A stretch of DNA of 64,000 bases from Spirochaetia bacterium (GTDB lineage: Bacteria; Spirochaetota; Spirochaetia; WTKD01; G963693115). Position 1 is the first letter of the stretch. Each line of letters starts with the position of its first letter. Under the pieces are notes generated by a model. That model was not told the DNA's origin, did not search any database, and saw only the letters and a list, made by a program, of their open reading frames with translations. Below, piece after piece: positions 20,314 to 29,728 of the stretch. The DNA lies in contig OZ245332.1 of assembly GCA_965226065.1 (NCBI GenBank), positions 809,651 to 873,650 of the forward strand. Direction: 5' to 3'. The translations under genes and the position numbers were made by a program.

Positions 20314-20412
20314 GTATATAAAGCAACACAGTGCATCGCAAACTATATGCATTGATGTATCTGATACAATTTTTGAGTAACGAGTTATCTAGTTTTTACG
20401 CACACTTAATTT

Positions 20413-21387
20413 TTGCTTTGTAATATTATGATACAAAGTTTTTCAAATAAGAATAGCAACTTACAAACTACAAAAACCATCAATACATTACTCAAAGAAT
20501 GTAGCACACAGCTTTATCCACATGTTCACGCAGCTACCTTAGAAGCGCGCATATTAGTAGGACACGCACTTAAGATGAGTGAAACAGAACTCATTCTCCA
20601 TCATGAGCAAGCGGTTGATACAAAAACACAGCATAGAATTTACAGCTCTGTGGAACAAAGAGTACAAGGTATCCCCCTCGCATACATTACAGGATACAAA
20701 GAATTTTATGGAAGAAATTTTTTCGTAAATAGCGATGTACTTATTCCACGTCCAGAAACAGAATTACTAGTAGAAGAGGTGCTTTTGTATTCAAAGAAAC
20801 ACGAACAAATCATACTTGATGTTGGCACAGGTAGTGGATGCATCGGAATTACACTTGCTGCAGAGCTTGGAAATTTGCAAGAGACAAAAAAACAATATAC
20901 AGTGCTGCTTAGCGATACTAGCACAGATGCCTTAAGCCTCGCTGAAAAAAACGCTCGGGAAATTCTGGGTATAGAACAGATGAAAAAATTCATCCGCCTC
21001 TATCACTGGGATCTAAGAAATCCTTTGGAAAACATGAAACCATTTTTACATGAAGAAACATTCTCCGAAAATGACATAGGCATAGTAGTGGCAAATTTGC
21101 CCTACGTTACACCACATCACTATAAGTATGCACATCGTAATCTGAAGCACGAGCCTTACGAAACTCTTGTTGGCGATAGTAATGACAATACGACTGATGG
21201 ATTTTTTTTCATCCAAAGACTTTTACGCACTACTACGCAGTTTCAGCATGCACACTCTCTCGTCTTAGAATGCGACCCATTGCAAATTGATATGATACTA
21301 AAAGAAGCGTGTCTTAGCTGCTATAAATCTGTGCGTATCATCCACGATATACGAGGCTATCCTCGAATTTGCGCTTTGCACACTTAA
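20413..21387 (+). CDS. prmC: Release factor glutamine N5-methyltransferase (PrmC/HemK)
   Basis: SAM-binding region DVGTGSGCIG and NPPY-type motif VVANLPYV. Lies downstream of prfA. Confidence 0.8.
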   Translation: MLCNIMIQSFSNKNSNLQTTKTINTLLKECSTQLYPHVHAATLEARILVGHALKMSETELILHHEQAVDTKTQHRIYSSVEQRVQGIPLAYITGYKEFYGRNFFVNSDVLIPRPETELLVEEVLLYSKKHEQIILDVGTGSGCIGITLAAELGNLQETKKQYTVLLSDTSTDALSLAEKNAREILGIEQMKKFIRLYHWDLRNPLENMKPFLHEETFSENDIGIVVANLPYVTPHHYKYAHRNLKHEPYETLVGDSNDNTTDGFFFIQRLLRTTTQFQHAHSLVLECDPLQIDMILKEACLSCYKSVRIIHDIRGYPRICALHT

Positions 21388-21431
21388 GAATAAATATTGA
21401 CACTATCAAAAAAGCACCATACAATCTTATC

Positions 21432-21926
21432 ATGGGAATTATTACATTCAGAAACAACACGATTCACACATCAGGAGAATTACCCAGCGTCAATAACATT
21501 GCTCCTGACTTCAAACTCATTTCTCAATCTTTAGAGCACGTTATAGGACTCTCTTCATATGAAGGTAAGAAAAAACTCTTGAACATAGTTCCTAGTTTTG
21601 ATACATCTATATGTGCAAAAAGCGCACAGTCATTTGAACAACGCGTCGCAGACTCCTTTGTCGTTATCGGTATTAGTCGCGATACTCCGTTTGCACAAGA
21701 TCGCTTTTGTAAAGAAAGTGAAATTTCACATACCGTAATGCTCTCGGACATAGAACACACATTCGGTAAAGCATATGGTGTGGAAATAGTCGATGGTCCA
21801 CTTGCGGGACTATTAGCTCGTGCAGTTGTGGTTTTAAATGAAAGTAATAAGGTACTTTATACCGAACTCGTTTCTGACATAGCACATGAGCCGAATTACG
21901 AAAAAGCATTAGAATGTCTGCAATAA
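21432..21926 (+). CDS. tpx: Thiol peroxidase (atypical 2-Cys peroxiredoxin)
   Basis: Peroxidatic Cys context SFDTSICAK. Length is ~164 aa from MGIITF. Confidence 0.75.
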   Translation: MGIITFRNNTIHTSGELPSVNNIAPDFKLISQSLEHVIGLSSYEGKKKLLNIVPSFDTSICAKSAQSFEQRVADSFVVIGISRDTPFAQDRFCKESEISHTVMLSDIEHTFGKAYGVEIVDGPLAGLLARAVVVLNESNKVLYTELVSDIAHEPNYEKALECLQ

Positions 21927-22093
21927 CTTGCAATACGCAAAGTAAAACCCAACCGCATATTTTCAACAGGCTTTCTTCCATCCTTCTATATGCGGTGCAA
22001 AATTGAGGAGTTAATTTTTCTTTAGAGAAAGTAATTTATTCTATTTTTTCTTTTTCAATCAATAGAAGGTATTTAAGTCAAGGTAATGCGTTT

Positions 22094-22894
22094 TTGAAAT
22101 TAGAAAAATACGAAGAGGCAATTGTAAATTTTGATAAAAGAATAGAATTAAAAAATAACTGTGCAGCGGCTTACAAAAACCGAGGAGACGATAAAGCAAA
22201 TCTAGGAATGTACGATAAAGCAATTTTAGATTACACAAAGTCTTTAGAATTAAATCCCGAAAACGCGGACACATACAACAATAGGAGCAACCTTTGTAAG
22301 GCAAAAGGAAAGTATGAAGAAGCAGAGAAAGATTATAACAAAACTATAAAATTAAAACCCAGGTATAAAGAAGCATACCACAATTTAGGAGTGGTAAAAA
22401 TAAAATTATCAAAATTCACAAACGCAATTTATTATTTTACACTTGCAATTAGTATCGAAAAAAAATGTGTAGCTACATTTCTCAATAGAGCAAACCCTAA
22501 AACAAAACCCGAGTACATTGAAAATCTCAAGCCGAAAAACGACCTAGTGGTGGCATATTTTAGAAGAGGGCTTGCAAAAAACAAATTTAAAAACTACAAA
22601 GGAGCGATAGAAGACTTTGATGAGTCAGTGAAGGCAATGCCCGGATTTGCCCACGCTCTTATGTGTAGAGACGATACTTTTAAGTTTTTAGAAAAACAAA
22701 GCAAGGAACGCAAACTACCGCCCGACCCTACAGTCGAAAAGCGCGAAAATCTTAAGGGATGGAATCCGATAGAGGCAACTTGTAGCTTTATAACAAAGAC
22801 AAAAGAAGAAATAAAAATTGTATCAGAAGAATACTTGAGACAAAGACTCAAAGGAAAGGATCCCGGTGAATGCGGAGCACTTCCATTTGATTAG
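22094..22894 (+). CDS. TPR-repeat protein (possibly truncated; TTG start in ORF track)
   Basis: Multiple 34-aa TPR units (AYKNRGDDKANLGMYDKAILDYTKSLELNPENADTYNNRS...). Confidence 0.55.
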   Translation: MKLEKYEEAIVNFDKRIELKNNCAAAYKNRGDDKANLGMYDKAILDYTKSLELNPENADTYNNRSNLCKAKGKYEEAEKDYNKTIKLKPRYKEAYHNLGVVKIKLSKFTNAIYYFTLAISIEKKCVATFLNRANPKTKPEYIENLKPKNDLVVAYFRRGLAKNKFKNYKGAIEDFDESVKAMPGFAHALMCRDDTFKFLEKQSKERKLPPDPTVEKRENLKGWNPIEATCSFITKTKEEIKIVSEEYLRQRLKGKDPGECGALPFD

Positions 22895-23052
22895 AGATAT
22901 ATACCTACAGAAATTACATTTCCACTTGAGCGATATCACACTTACGAGGTGGAGGGAGATACAAACAACGTTGTAACTCTTGACATCTCTGATGGCACGC
23001 TCTATGTCGCTGATTATGGAAATCATATCATTCGTAAACTAGAGTATAGATA
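22895..23052 (+). pseudogene. NHL-repeat fragment in the same frame as the TPR ORF, separated from it by a single TAG
   Basis: Translation RYIPTEITFPLERYHTYEVEGDTNNVVTLDISDGTLYVADYGNHIIRKLEYR* contains the NHL signature YVADxGNHxIRK. The offset from 22094 is 801 nt, so the two ORFs are in frame. Confidence 0.45.
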
Positions 23053-23066
23053 ACATACAGGCTGTA

Positions 23067-23110
23067 CAAAAGGGAAGCGCTTTTTTTTTATGCGCTTCCC
23101 TTTTTCTTAT
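23067..23110. terminator. Rho-independent terminator hairpin
   Basis: AAAGGGAAGCGC-ttttttttttat-GCGCTTCCCTTT with a T-run. Confidence 0.7.
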
Positions 23111-23151
23111 TAAAAAAAAGTAGCATAGTCTTACCCACCACCCCACAGCCC

Positions 23152-23306
23152 GTTTTAAGCACTAAAACACCATGTAATACATGACAAAATTGTAATGTAT
23201 TTTAGGTGAGAAAAGGCTTGAAAAAAAGAGTAAATGTACCATTATGTATATAGGTAGAAGTTTGTTTTAATCCTTAAAAAACTTTTACGTAGTACAGGAG
23301 TAATTC
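23152..23306 (+). promoter_or_regulatory. Conserved 5' expression module, copy A (promoter, inverted repeat, RBS) of the variable lipoprotein family
   Basis: The ~155-bp block CACTAAAACACCATGTAATACATGACAAAATTGTAATGTATTTTAGGTGAGAAAAGGCTTGAAAAAAAGAGTAAATGTACCATTATGTATATAGG...ACAGGAGTAATTC-ATG recurs about 5 times in the window. It carries TTGAAA/TATGTA-like hexamers, a 7-bp inverted repeat AATACAT-N14-ATGTATT, and AGGAG 8 nt before the ATG. Confidence 0.55.
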
Positions 23307-23925
23307 ATGACACATAAGAAACCTATATATATATATATATATATATATACTCATTACGATAGCATTAGTAAGCTGTGAACCCGACAAAGTACTATACAAA
23401 GTAATTCCACAAAAAGCAAAAATTATAAAGTCCTCCTTTGAAAAAGAAGCAGTATTCCTGAAATGGGATGTAAAGAAGCTAAAAGAAGAGAAGGTAGCAG
23501 CCTATGGAATATCGTATGGCATCGTGAATGGAAAGACGCTTAAAAAGCGAGAGGTAGTACCAAAGTTCATGGAAGCAGAAGGGTTCACGATACGCAAACT
23601 AGAAGAAGGAATACAGTATTGGTTTAAGGTGCAGGCAATCTACGAAGAATTTTCAGGACCGTGGTCAGAGAAAGCAGAAGGGATAACGGGTAAGCCACAG
23701 CCACCGGTAAATTTTAAGGTAAAGAAAAACACGGAAAAGGCAAAATGGTTTGTCAATGTATCATGGGAAAATAACCCATTGAATGATGAAAGAAAATTAA
23801 ATATAGAAGAATATAGGGTAAAGTGCTGGGACAGCAATAACCCTACAAGTAAATATGAAAAGACATTTTCATCTTTACTGTGGATAATGTACTATTCTGT
23901 ATACTTATCAATCAATAAAACATAA
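23307..23925 (+). CDS. Variable surface lipoprotein, N-terminal module copy A (phase-OFF at the TA tract; truncated after FN3-like domain)
   Basis: After the TA tract the frame ...ILITIALVSCEPDKVLYKVIPQKAKII...EVVPKFMEAEGFTIRKLEEGIQYWFKVQAIYEEFSGPWSEKAEG... is open to 23925. It diverges from the full-length paralogue after KYEKTFS and runs into the upstream region of the next gene. Confidence 0.55.
23324..23349 (+). repeat. (TA)13 tract inside codons 6-14 of lipoprotein copy A
   Basis: Counted directly. ATG at 23307, CCT at 23322-23324, then 26 nt of TA, then CTCATTACGATAGCATTAGTAAGCTGT. The signal peptide frame is +1 relative to the ATG, so this copy is OFF. Confidence 0.9.
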
Positions 23926-23957
23926 ATAAATATAATTAAAAAACAAGGAGAAATACT

Positions 23958-24734
23958 ATGAAAAAAATATATACAACAATACTAATTATTGCCTTAGCTT
24001 TATTCATCTCATGCGATGAGAAGAAAGCCGAAGATGATATTAAAAAAGCATTTACAAAGATTACCGATAAAGCGGGAGATGTAATAGACGCCGTAGACAA
24101 GACAACACCGAAGCCGAAAGGAAGCGGAACGCTTACGAATACCGAAGGTGAAGAAGCAGAAGACGAAGAGGCAGAAAGTGAAGGAGTTGAAGAGCCAGAA
24201 GACACACTAACACTAATAAAACCCGTACTAAACCGTGAAAATGCACCGTGGAGCAGAAGAATTGTATTTGCGAAAATAGCACAGCATACCTACAGATTAA
24301 AAGAAGAAAAAACAGGAGTAGCACTTACGGAGTATAACAGGGATATAATGCAAGTAACCGCCACGCAGTCCGCACAAAATGTAATCGTAGTCGCCACGTT
24401 TGACGGTAAGACTTCAGAAAGTAACCCTATTGAGTTTACAAGAATACCAGGCAATACCCTAAGCTTTGCACAGGCAAAACGAACAGAAAACGCATATACT
24501 ACCGAAAGCTATACCCAAGCAGCTACTAAAGGTGATACAGTTGCAGGAGATACCAGAAATATACAATATAGCATAAACCCTACAGGTGAAGGTGTTACCA
24601 TCGATAGCAGTAGCGGAGAGGTTACCATTCAAAGAGGCTCGGACCCAGCGGGAGACTATACTATTACCGCAGAACTTCCAGAAGATGAAAAATATACAAG
24701 AGCCACCGCAACATACAGCCTTACCGTTGAGTAG
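23958..24734 (+). CDS. Small surface lipoprotein paralogue (signal peptide, acidic linker, one Ig-like repeat, conserved C-terminal domain)
   Basis: MKKIYTTILIIALALFISC lipobox. Repeat core ATQSAQNVIVVATFDGKTSESNPIEF. C-terminal GDTRNIQYSINPTG...SSSGEVTI...YTITAELP..EKYTRATATYSLTV is shared with the 25645, 40429 and 41292 genes. Confidence 0.75.
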   Translation: MKKIYTTILIIALALFISCDEKKAEDDIKKAFTKITDKAGDVIDAVDKTTPKPKGSGTLTNTEGEEAEDEEAESEGVEEPEDTLTLIKPVLNRENAPWSRRIVFAKIAQHTYRLKEEKTGVALTEYNRDIMQVTATQSAQNVIVVATFDGKTSESNPIEFTRIPGNTLSFAQAKRTENAYTTESYTQAATKGDTVAGDTRNIQYSINPTGEGVTIDSSSGEVTIQRGSDPAGDYTITAELPEDEKYTRATATYSLTVE

Positions 24735-24846
24735 CGTAACACATGAAAAGCAAAGACATGAAAGGCTTAGAGGCAGATTACAAAATACATAAACGACTTG
24801 AAAAAAAGAAAGTAAAAGACTTAAAAAACTTGGCTAAAGAGGAAAG

Positions 24847-25005
24847 GAAAGCAAAAGACGCTAAAACACCATGTAATACATGACAAAATTGTAATGTATT
24901 TTAAGTAGAAAAAAGCTTGAAAAAAAGAGTAAATGTACCATTATGTATATAGGTAGAAGTTTATTTTTATCCTTAGAAAACTTTTACGTAGTACAGGAGT
25001 AATTC
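24847..25005 (+). promoter_or_regulatory. Conserved 5' expression module, copy B
   Basis: Near-identical to 23152-23306. Confidence 0.55.
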
Positions 25006-25622
25006 ATGATATATAAGAAACCTATATATATATATATATATATACCCTAATTACGATAGCATTAGTAAGCTGTGAACCCGACAAAGTACTATACACAGTA
25101 ATTCCACAAAAAGCAAAAATTATAAAGTCCTCCTTTGAAAAAGAAGCAGTATTTCTGAAATGGGATGTAAAGAAGCTAAAAGAAGAGAAAATAGCAGCCT
25201 ATGGAATATCGTATGGCATCGTAAATGGAAAGACACTTAACAAGCGAGAGGTAGTACCAAAGTTCATGGAAGCAGAAGGGTTTACGATACGCAAACTAGA
25301 AGAAGGAATACAGTATTGGTTTAAGGTGCAGGCAATCTACGAAGAATTTTCAGGACCGTGGTCAGAGAAAGCAGAAGGGACAACGGGCAAGCCACAGCCA
25401 CCGGTAAATTTTAAGGTAAAGAAAAACACGCTAGGGACAAAATGGTTTGTAGATGTATCGTGGGAAAATAACCCATTGAATGATGAAAGAAAATTAAATA
25501 TAGAGGAATATAGGGTAAAGTGCTGGGATAGCAATAACCCTACAAGTAAATATGAAAAGACATTTTCATCTTTACTGTGGATAATGTACCATTCTGTCTA
25601 CTTATCAATCGATAAAGTATAA
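25006..25622 (+). CDS. Variable surface lipoprotein, N-terminal module copy B (phase-OFF; truncated)
   Basis: Downstream frame TLITIALVSCEPDKVLYTVIPQKAKII...MEAEGFTIRKLEEGIQYWFKVQ... is open to 25622. It has the same truncation junction as copy A. Confidence 0.55.
25023..25044 (+). repeat. (TA)11 tract in lipoprotein copy B
   Basis: ATG at 25006. 22 nt of TA follow, then CCCTAATTACG, which is 2 nt longer than the CTCATTACG of the other copies. The lipoprotein frame is therefore +2, so this copy is OFF despite the same n as the ON copy. Confidence 0.9.
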
Positions 25623-25644
25623 GTAAAACAAAGGGAGAAATACT

Positions 25645-27006
25645 ATGAAGAAACTATATACAACAATACTAATTATTGCCTTAGCTTTGTTCATTTCATG
25701 CGATGAAAAGAAAGCAAAAGATGAAATTACAAAGGCACTTGATAAAGCGGTGGACGCGGTAGATAAGACAACACCGAAACTAACTAAACCCGTACTAAAT
25801 GCTACCCGTGTGAGAGTAGGAACAGCGGCTACATTCCCTAAAGTAGCAGGGTATACCTACACCTTAAAAGAGAAAAAAAGAGGAGTCAGAATAAGCGAAG
25901 GTACAAGTAACACAATGCAAGTCACCGCTACACAAGCAGCTAGCGGTGTTGTTGTAGTTGCGACTAAGGACGGTAATAGCATAGATAGCGAGCCTATAGA
26001 ATTTGTTATTATTGAGTTAACGAAACCCGCAGTAAGTAGCTACCGTGTGAGAACGGTACAAGTGGCTACATTCCCGAAAGTGTTAGGACATACTTATGAA
26101 TTGAAACAAGCTATAAGCGGTGTAAGCCTTGAGGTATCAGATGAGAGCATGGGACGAGTAACCGCTACACAAGCAGCAAGCAATGTAATCATAGTAGCAA
26201 CGCTTGACGGTAACACCGAGGAAAGCGACCCTATAGAATTTGTACTTATTGAGTTAATAAAGCCAGCAGTAAGTAGCAACCGTGTAAAAGTAGGAACACC
26301 GATTATACTTACAAAAGTAGAAGCACATACCTATAAATTGAAAGAAGAGGTAAGCGGCGTAAGTCTTGAGGTATCAGATGAGAGCACGGGAGAACTCACA
26401 GCCACGCAGTCCGCACAAAATGTAATTATAGTAGCCACGCTTGATGGTAATACCGAAGAAAGCGACCCTATAAATTTTATTGAGGTAATAAAACCCGCAG
26501 TAAGCGAAATTTCAGCACCCTGGGATACAGTAATTACATTCCCGAAAGAACCAGAGCATACTTATGAACTGAAAGAAGAAAAAACAGGAGTCACATTAAG
26601 CGAGGCTACCAGTGACACAATGCAAATCACCGCTACACAGTCCGCACAAAATGTAATTATAATTGCAACGGTTGACGGCTTAACTGAAGAAAGCGACCGT
26701 ATTGAGTTTAGAAGAAAGCAGGGTAATGCTTTAAGCTTTGCACAACCAAGACGATCGGAAAAACGAAGAACTACTTTTACGCAAACCGCTAGTAAAAGCG
26801 GAGCAGTTGCAGGAGATACCCGAGACATAACATATAGCGTATATCCTAGTGTTTTCGGTGTTAGTGTTGATAGCAGTAGCGGAGAAGTTGCAGTAAATTT
26901 TATTGCCGACTATAGACGGTATACTATTACCGCACAACTTCCAAGAACCGCAAAGTACGAAAGAAGCACCGCAACATATACACTTGTAGTCCCGAGATCG
27001 AAATAA
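25645..27006 (+). CDS. Surface lipoprotein paralogue with four tandem ~78-aa Ig-like repeats plus conserved C-terminal domain
   Basis: MKKLYTTILIIALALFISC. Repeats KPAVSS.RV..G....TKV..HTY.LK....GVSLEVSDES.G..TATQ.A.NVIIVATLDGNTEESDPIEF occur four times. C-terminal YTITAQLP..AKYERSTATYTLVV. Confidence 0.75.
   Translation: MKKLYTTILIIALALFISCDEKKAKDEITKALDKAVDAVDKTTPKLTKPVLNATRVRVGTAATFPKVAGYTYTLKEKKRGVRISEGTSNTMQVTATQAASGVVVVATKDGNSIDSEPIEFVIIELTKPAVSSYRVRTVQVATFPKVLGHTYELKQAISGVSLEVSDESMGRVTATQAASNVIIVATLDGNTEESDPIEFVLIELIKPAVSSNRVKVGTPIILTKVEAHTYKLKEEVSGVSLEVSDESTGELTATQSAQNVIIVATLDGNTEESDPINFIEVIKPAVSEISAPWDTVITFPKEPEHTYELKEEKTGVTLSEATSDTMQITATQSAQNVIIIATVDGLTEESDRIEFRRKQGNALSFAQPRRSEKRRTTFTQTASKSGAVAGDTRDITYSVYPSVFGVSVDSSSGEVAVNFIADYRRYTITAQLPRTAKYERSTATYTLVVPRSK
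25780..26725 (+). repeat. Intragenic tandem repeats (~234 bp x4) encoding Ig-like modules
   Basis: Seen as repeated peptide blocks in the 453-aa product and as repeated antisense ORF fragments. Confidence 0.7.
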
Positions 27007-27140
27007 TTAAAAGAAAAGCGAAGACATGAAAGACTTAAAGGCAGAAAATCAATCACAAAATGTAATGTAAGGACGAAAAAAAACAACCTTTTTACTGTGA
27101 ATAATCTACCATTCTGTCTACTTATCATAAGTAAATATAA

Positions 27141-27760
27141 TTGAAACACGCAGAGGAACGCGAAGAATATGAATTACGCGTGAAAGCAAGCACAAACACG
27201 GGAGATATTGTGAAGCCGACATTCAGACCTAGTAAAAGTGAGCCATGGGGAACGGATATAAGCTTTGAAAAGCTTGAGGGCTATACGTATGAATTGAAAG
27301 ACGACAAAGGTGGAGCAGTGAGCTTAGACACAAGCAGTGACCCTGCGAGAATAAGTGCGACAGAGTCTGTGAGCGCAGTAGTGATAGAAGTGAGACGTTC
27401 GGGATATAGTGGGAAAGTAGAAAGCGACCCGATTGAGTTTACGAAAAAAGCGGGCAACGGCTTGAGCTTTGTGAGCTCTTCAGAAGAGAAAAGAGTTAGC
27501 ACTGCTTCCGCAACATTTACGCAGAGCGCTACTAACGATAGAGCAGTTACAGGAGATGACAGATCCGTAGTGTACAGCATAAGCCCTACGGGACAAGGTG
27601 CCACGATAAACCCTAGTAGCGGTGAGGTGACAATAACACCAGCGGCCGCAATCAATGGCTTTACCGTTACCGCAACATTACCCGCAAACGCAAAGTATAC
27701 CGCTTCTAACACGGCAACATATACGCTTAATGTAGTGGCTCCACCGGGAACAAGAAAGGT
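27141..27760 (+). pseudogene. Promoterless mosaic fragment of the variable lipoprotein family (internal part of the 718-aa paralogue joined to a C-terminal-domain variant)
   Basis: Begins abruptly at AEEREEYELRVKASTNTGDIVKPTFRPSKSEPWGTDISFEKLEGYTYELKD... This block is nearly identical over ~100 aa to the middle of the minus-strand gene at 34593-36934. It then switches to ...GLSFVSS..ATFTQSATNDRAVTGDDRSVVYSISPTG..SSGEVTIT...YTLNV. It has no signal peptide or module upstream, only the family junction sequence at 27081-27130. Confidence 0.6.
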
Positions 27761-28418
27761 ACGCGTATTGGTATCGTTTAATTATCTTAACTTAATAAAA
27801 GGTAACAAAGGACAAATCTTGTGGATAAAAACAAGTATTATAAATGCGCATGCAGGGTACAGGGTCAGGGTATTCAAAATTATTCAATAATTACAGTGTC
27901 ATATACATGTATGATTATTTATTGTTATTAAAAACTTTATGCTTTAGCTTCGGCTTATAGCAGCTCCGGTATCTAGTCGTGCCGGCAGTATGGAATGCAT
28001 GTAATTTGCAAAATTATTTGCTTTGATTGTCTTTACTTACCCCTTATGAATTTTATAAGATGTGTATTGTATGTCCTAGTATTTTACCACGGTATTATAC
28101 ATGGTGTTTTTTATAGAAAAGGAGCAAAAGTATCGTTGCAAGTGAAAGAGAAATAATACTTACAAAGTTGAGACCTTTTCAATTTCTAACGGCGGAAGAG
28201 GAATTTTGATTTGAACCAATACTTTAACAGATACTATATCTTGAGTAGCACCATGTAAATATTTACTAATAAAATTAGTTAGAATTAACTTTAAATATTT
28301 TAAGGATAATAATTCAATCATTGTATTCAATTGTACTTTTCATCAGACGCTATTAAAGTGTGCATACAATATAATAAAATTACCTTATTTCTAAATAATA
28401 CAAGAGCGGAGTTATTAT

Positions 28419-29714
28419 ATGCTTGATATTAAATACATCGTAAAGAATGCATCTCGTTTTAGTACATCTGCACAGCAGAGAAATGTACGCGACTTCGTAC
28501 CAGAGCTCGTAGGCTTGTACGAAAAGAGTCTCATCATACAACAAGAATTAGAAACACTCTCTCAAGAACGAAACCATGTAGCAAAAGAAATTTCACAAAA
28601 AAAGGACGATGGACGCGCACGCCTTGTAGCACGCGGCAAAGAACTGAAAATGCAAATATCCGAGCATGACGCAGAACTGAAAAAGCTACAAAACGATATT
28701 CAATCGCTTGCCTTACAAATTCCAAACATACACCATCCGTCTGCACCACTTGGAAAAGAAGAAAAAGATAATCTCGTCATAAAAACGCATGGCACTGCAC
28801 GACAATTTTCTTTCACACCTAAAAGCCATATAGATTTGTGTACTGAACTCAATATTGTAGATTTTACCAACGCGACAAAAGTATCAGGACCGAAATTTTA
28901 CTACTTGAAAAATGAAGCGGTGTTATTAGAACTCGCACTTATACGCTTTGGAATTGACATACTACGCGAACATGGCTTTACAATTTTTGAAACACCTGAC
29001 ATTGCGCGCACTTCTATTGTCGAAAGTATCGGGTTTCTTCCGAGAGGAAATGAAAGTAACATTTACAACATTGAAGATGAAGGTACATCTCTTATCGGTA
29101 CGGCAGAAATAACCCTCGGTGGCTATTATGCAGATAGCATTATACCGTTGGAGTTACTGCCTATAAAAATGGCAGGAATTTCGCATTGCTTTCGCCGAGA
29201 ATCAGGTGCAGCAGGACAATATTCAAAAGGACTGTATCGTGTACATCAGTTTACGAAACTGGAAATGTTTGTTTTTTGCCATCCTGATAAATCAGAAACA
29301 ATGCATGAGGAATTATTGACGATAGAAGAACAACTGTATCAAAAGTTAGAAATCCCATACAGAATCGTAGATACCTGCACGGGAGATTTAGGAGCATCCG
29401 CCTACAGAAAATTTGACATAGAGGCGTGGATGCCAGGACGCGGAAAAACCGGCGAGTACGGCGAAATTACAAGTGTATCAAATTGTACCGATTATCAATC
29501 GCATAGGCTTAGTATACGCACACAAGACGAAGATTCCTCACACAATAAAATAAGGATATTTCCTCACACGTTAAACGGCACGGCACTTGCCATACCTCGA
29601 ACGCTTATTGCGATTGTAGAAAATTTTCAAAACGAGGATGGAAGTATACGTATACCCGATGTACTTATTCCTTATTGTGGTTTTTCATCTGTGAAGAAAA
29701 GCCACAATTCGTAA
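28419..29714 (+). CDS. serS: Seryl-tRNA synthetase
   Basis: 431 aa. N-terminal coiled-coil arm plus class II core (motif 2 region FRRESGAAG, motif 3 region). Confidence 0.9.
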   Translation: MLDIKYIVKNASRFSTSAQQRNVRDFVPELVGLYEKSLIIQQELETLSQERNHVAKEISQKKDDGRARLVARGKELKMQISEHDAELKKLQNDIQSLALQIPNIHHPSAPLGKEEKDNLVIKTHGTARQFSFTPKSHIDLCTELNIVDFTNATKVSGPKFYYLKNEAVLLELALIRFGIDILREHGFTIFETPDIARTSIVESIGFLPRGNESNIYNIEDEGTSLIGTAEITLGGYYADSIIPLELLPIKMAGISHCFRRESGAAGQYSKGLYRVHQFTKLEMFVFCHPDKSETMHEELLTIEEQLYQKLEIPYRIVDTCTGDLGASAYRKFDIEAWMPGRGKTGEYGEITSVSNCTDYQSHRLSIRTQDEDSSHNKIRIFPHTLNGTALAIPRTLIAIVENFQNEDGSIRIPDVLIPYCGFSSVKKSHNS

Positions 29715-29728
29715 TATTTCACAAACCG

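Noticed and set aside
24586-24792. 68-aa ORF in the conserved 3' element after the small lipoprotein gene
   Set aside because: It lies within a conserved non-coding spacer repeated after each small lipoprotein gene. It overlaps the preceding gene's end and has no RBS.
27891-28418. 528-bp gap upstream of serS examined for a small RNA, T-box or tRNA
   Set aside because: Some GC-rich hairpin potential (GCTTCGGC..GCAGCTCCGG) but no T-box specifier/antiterminator or tRNA features I could verify. Left unannotated.
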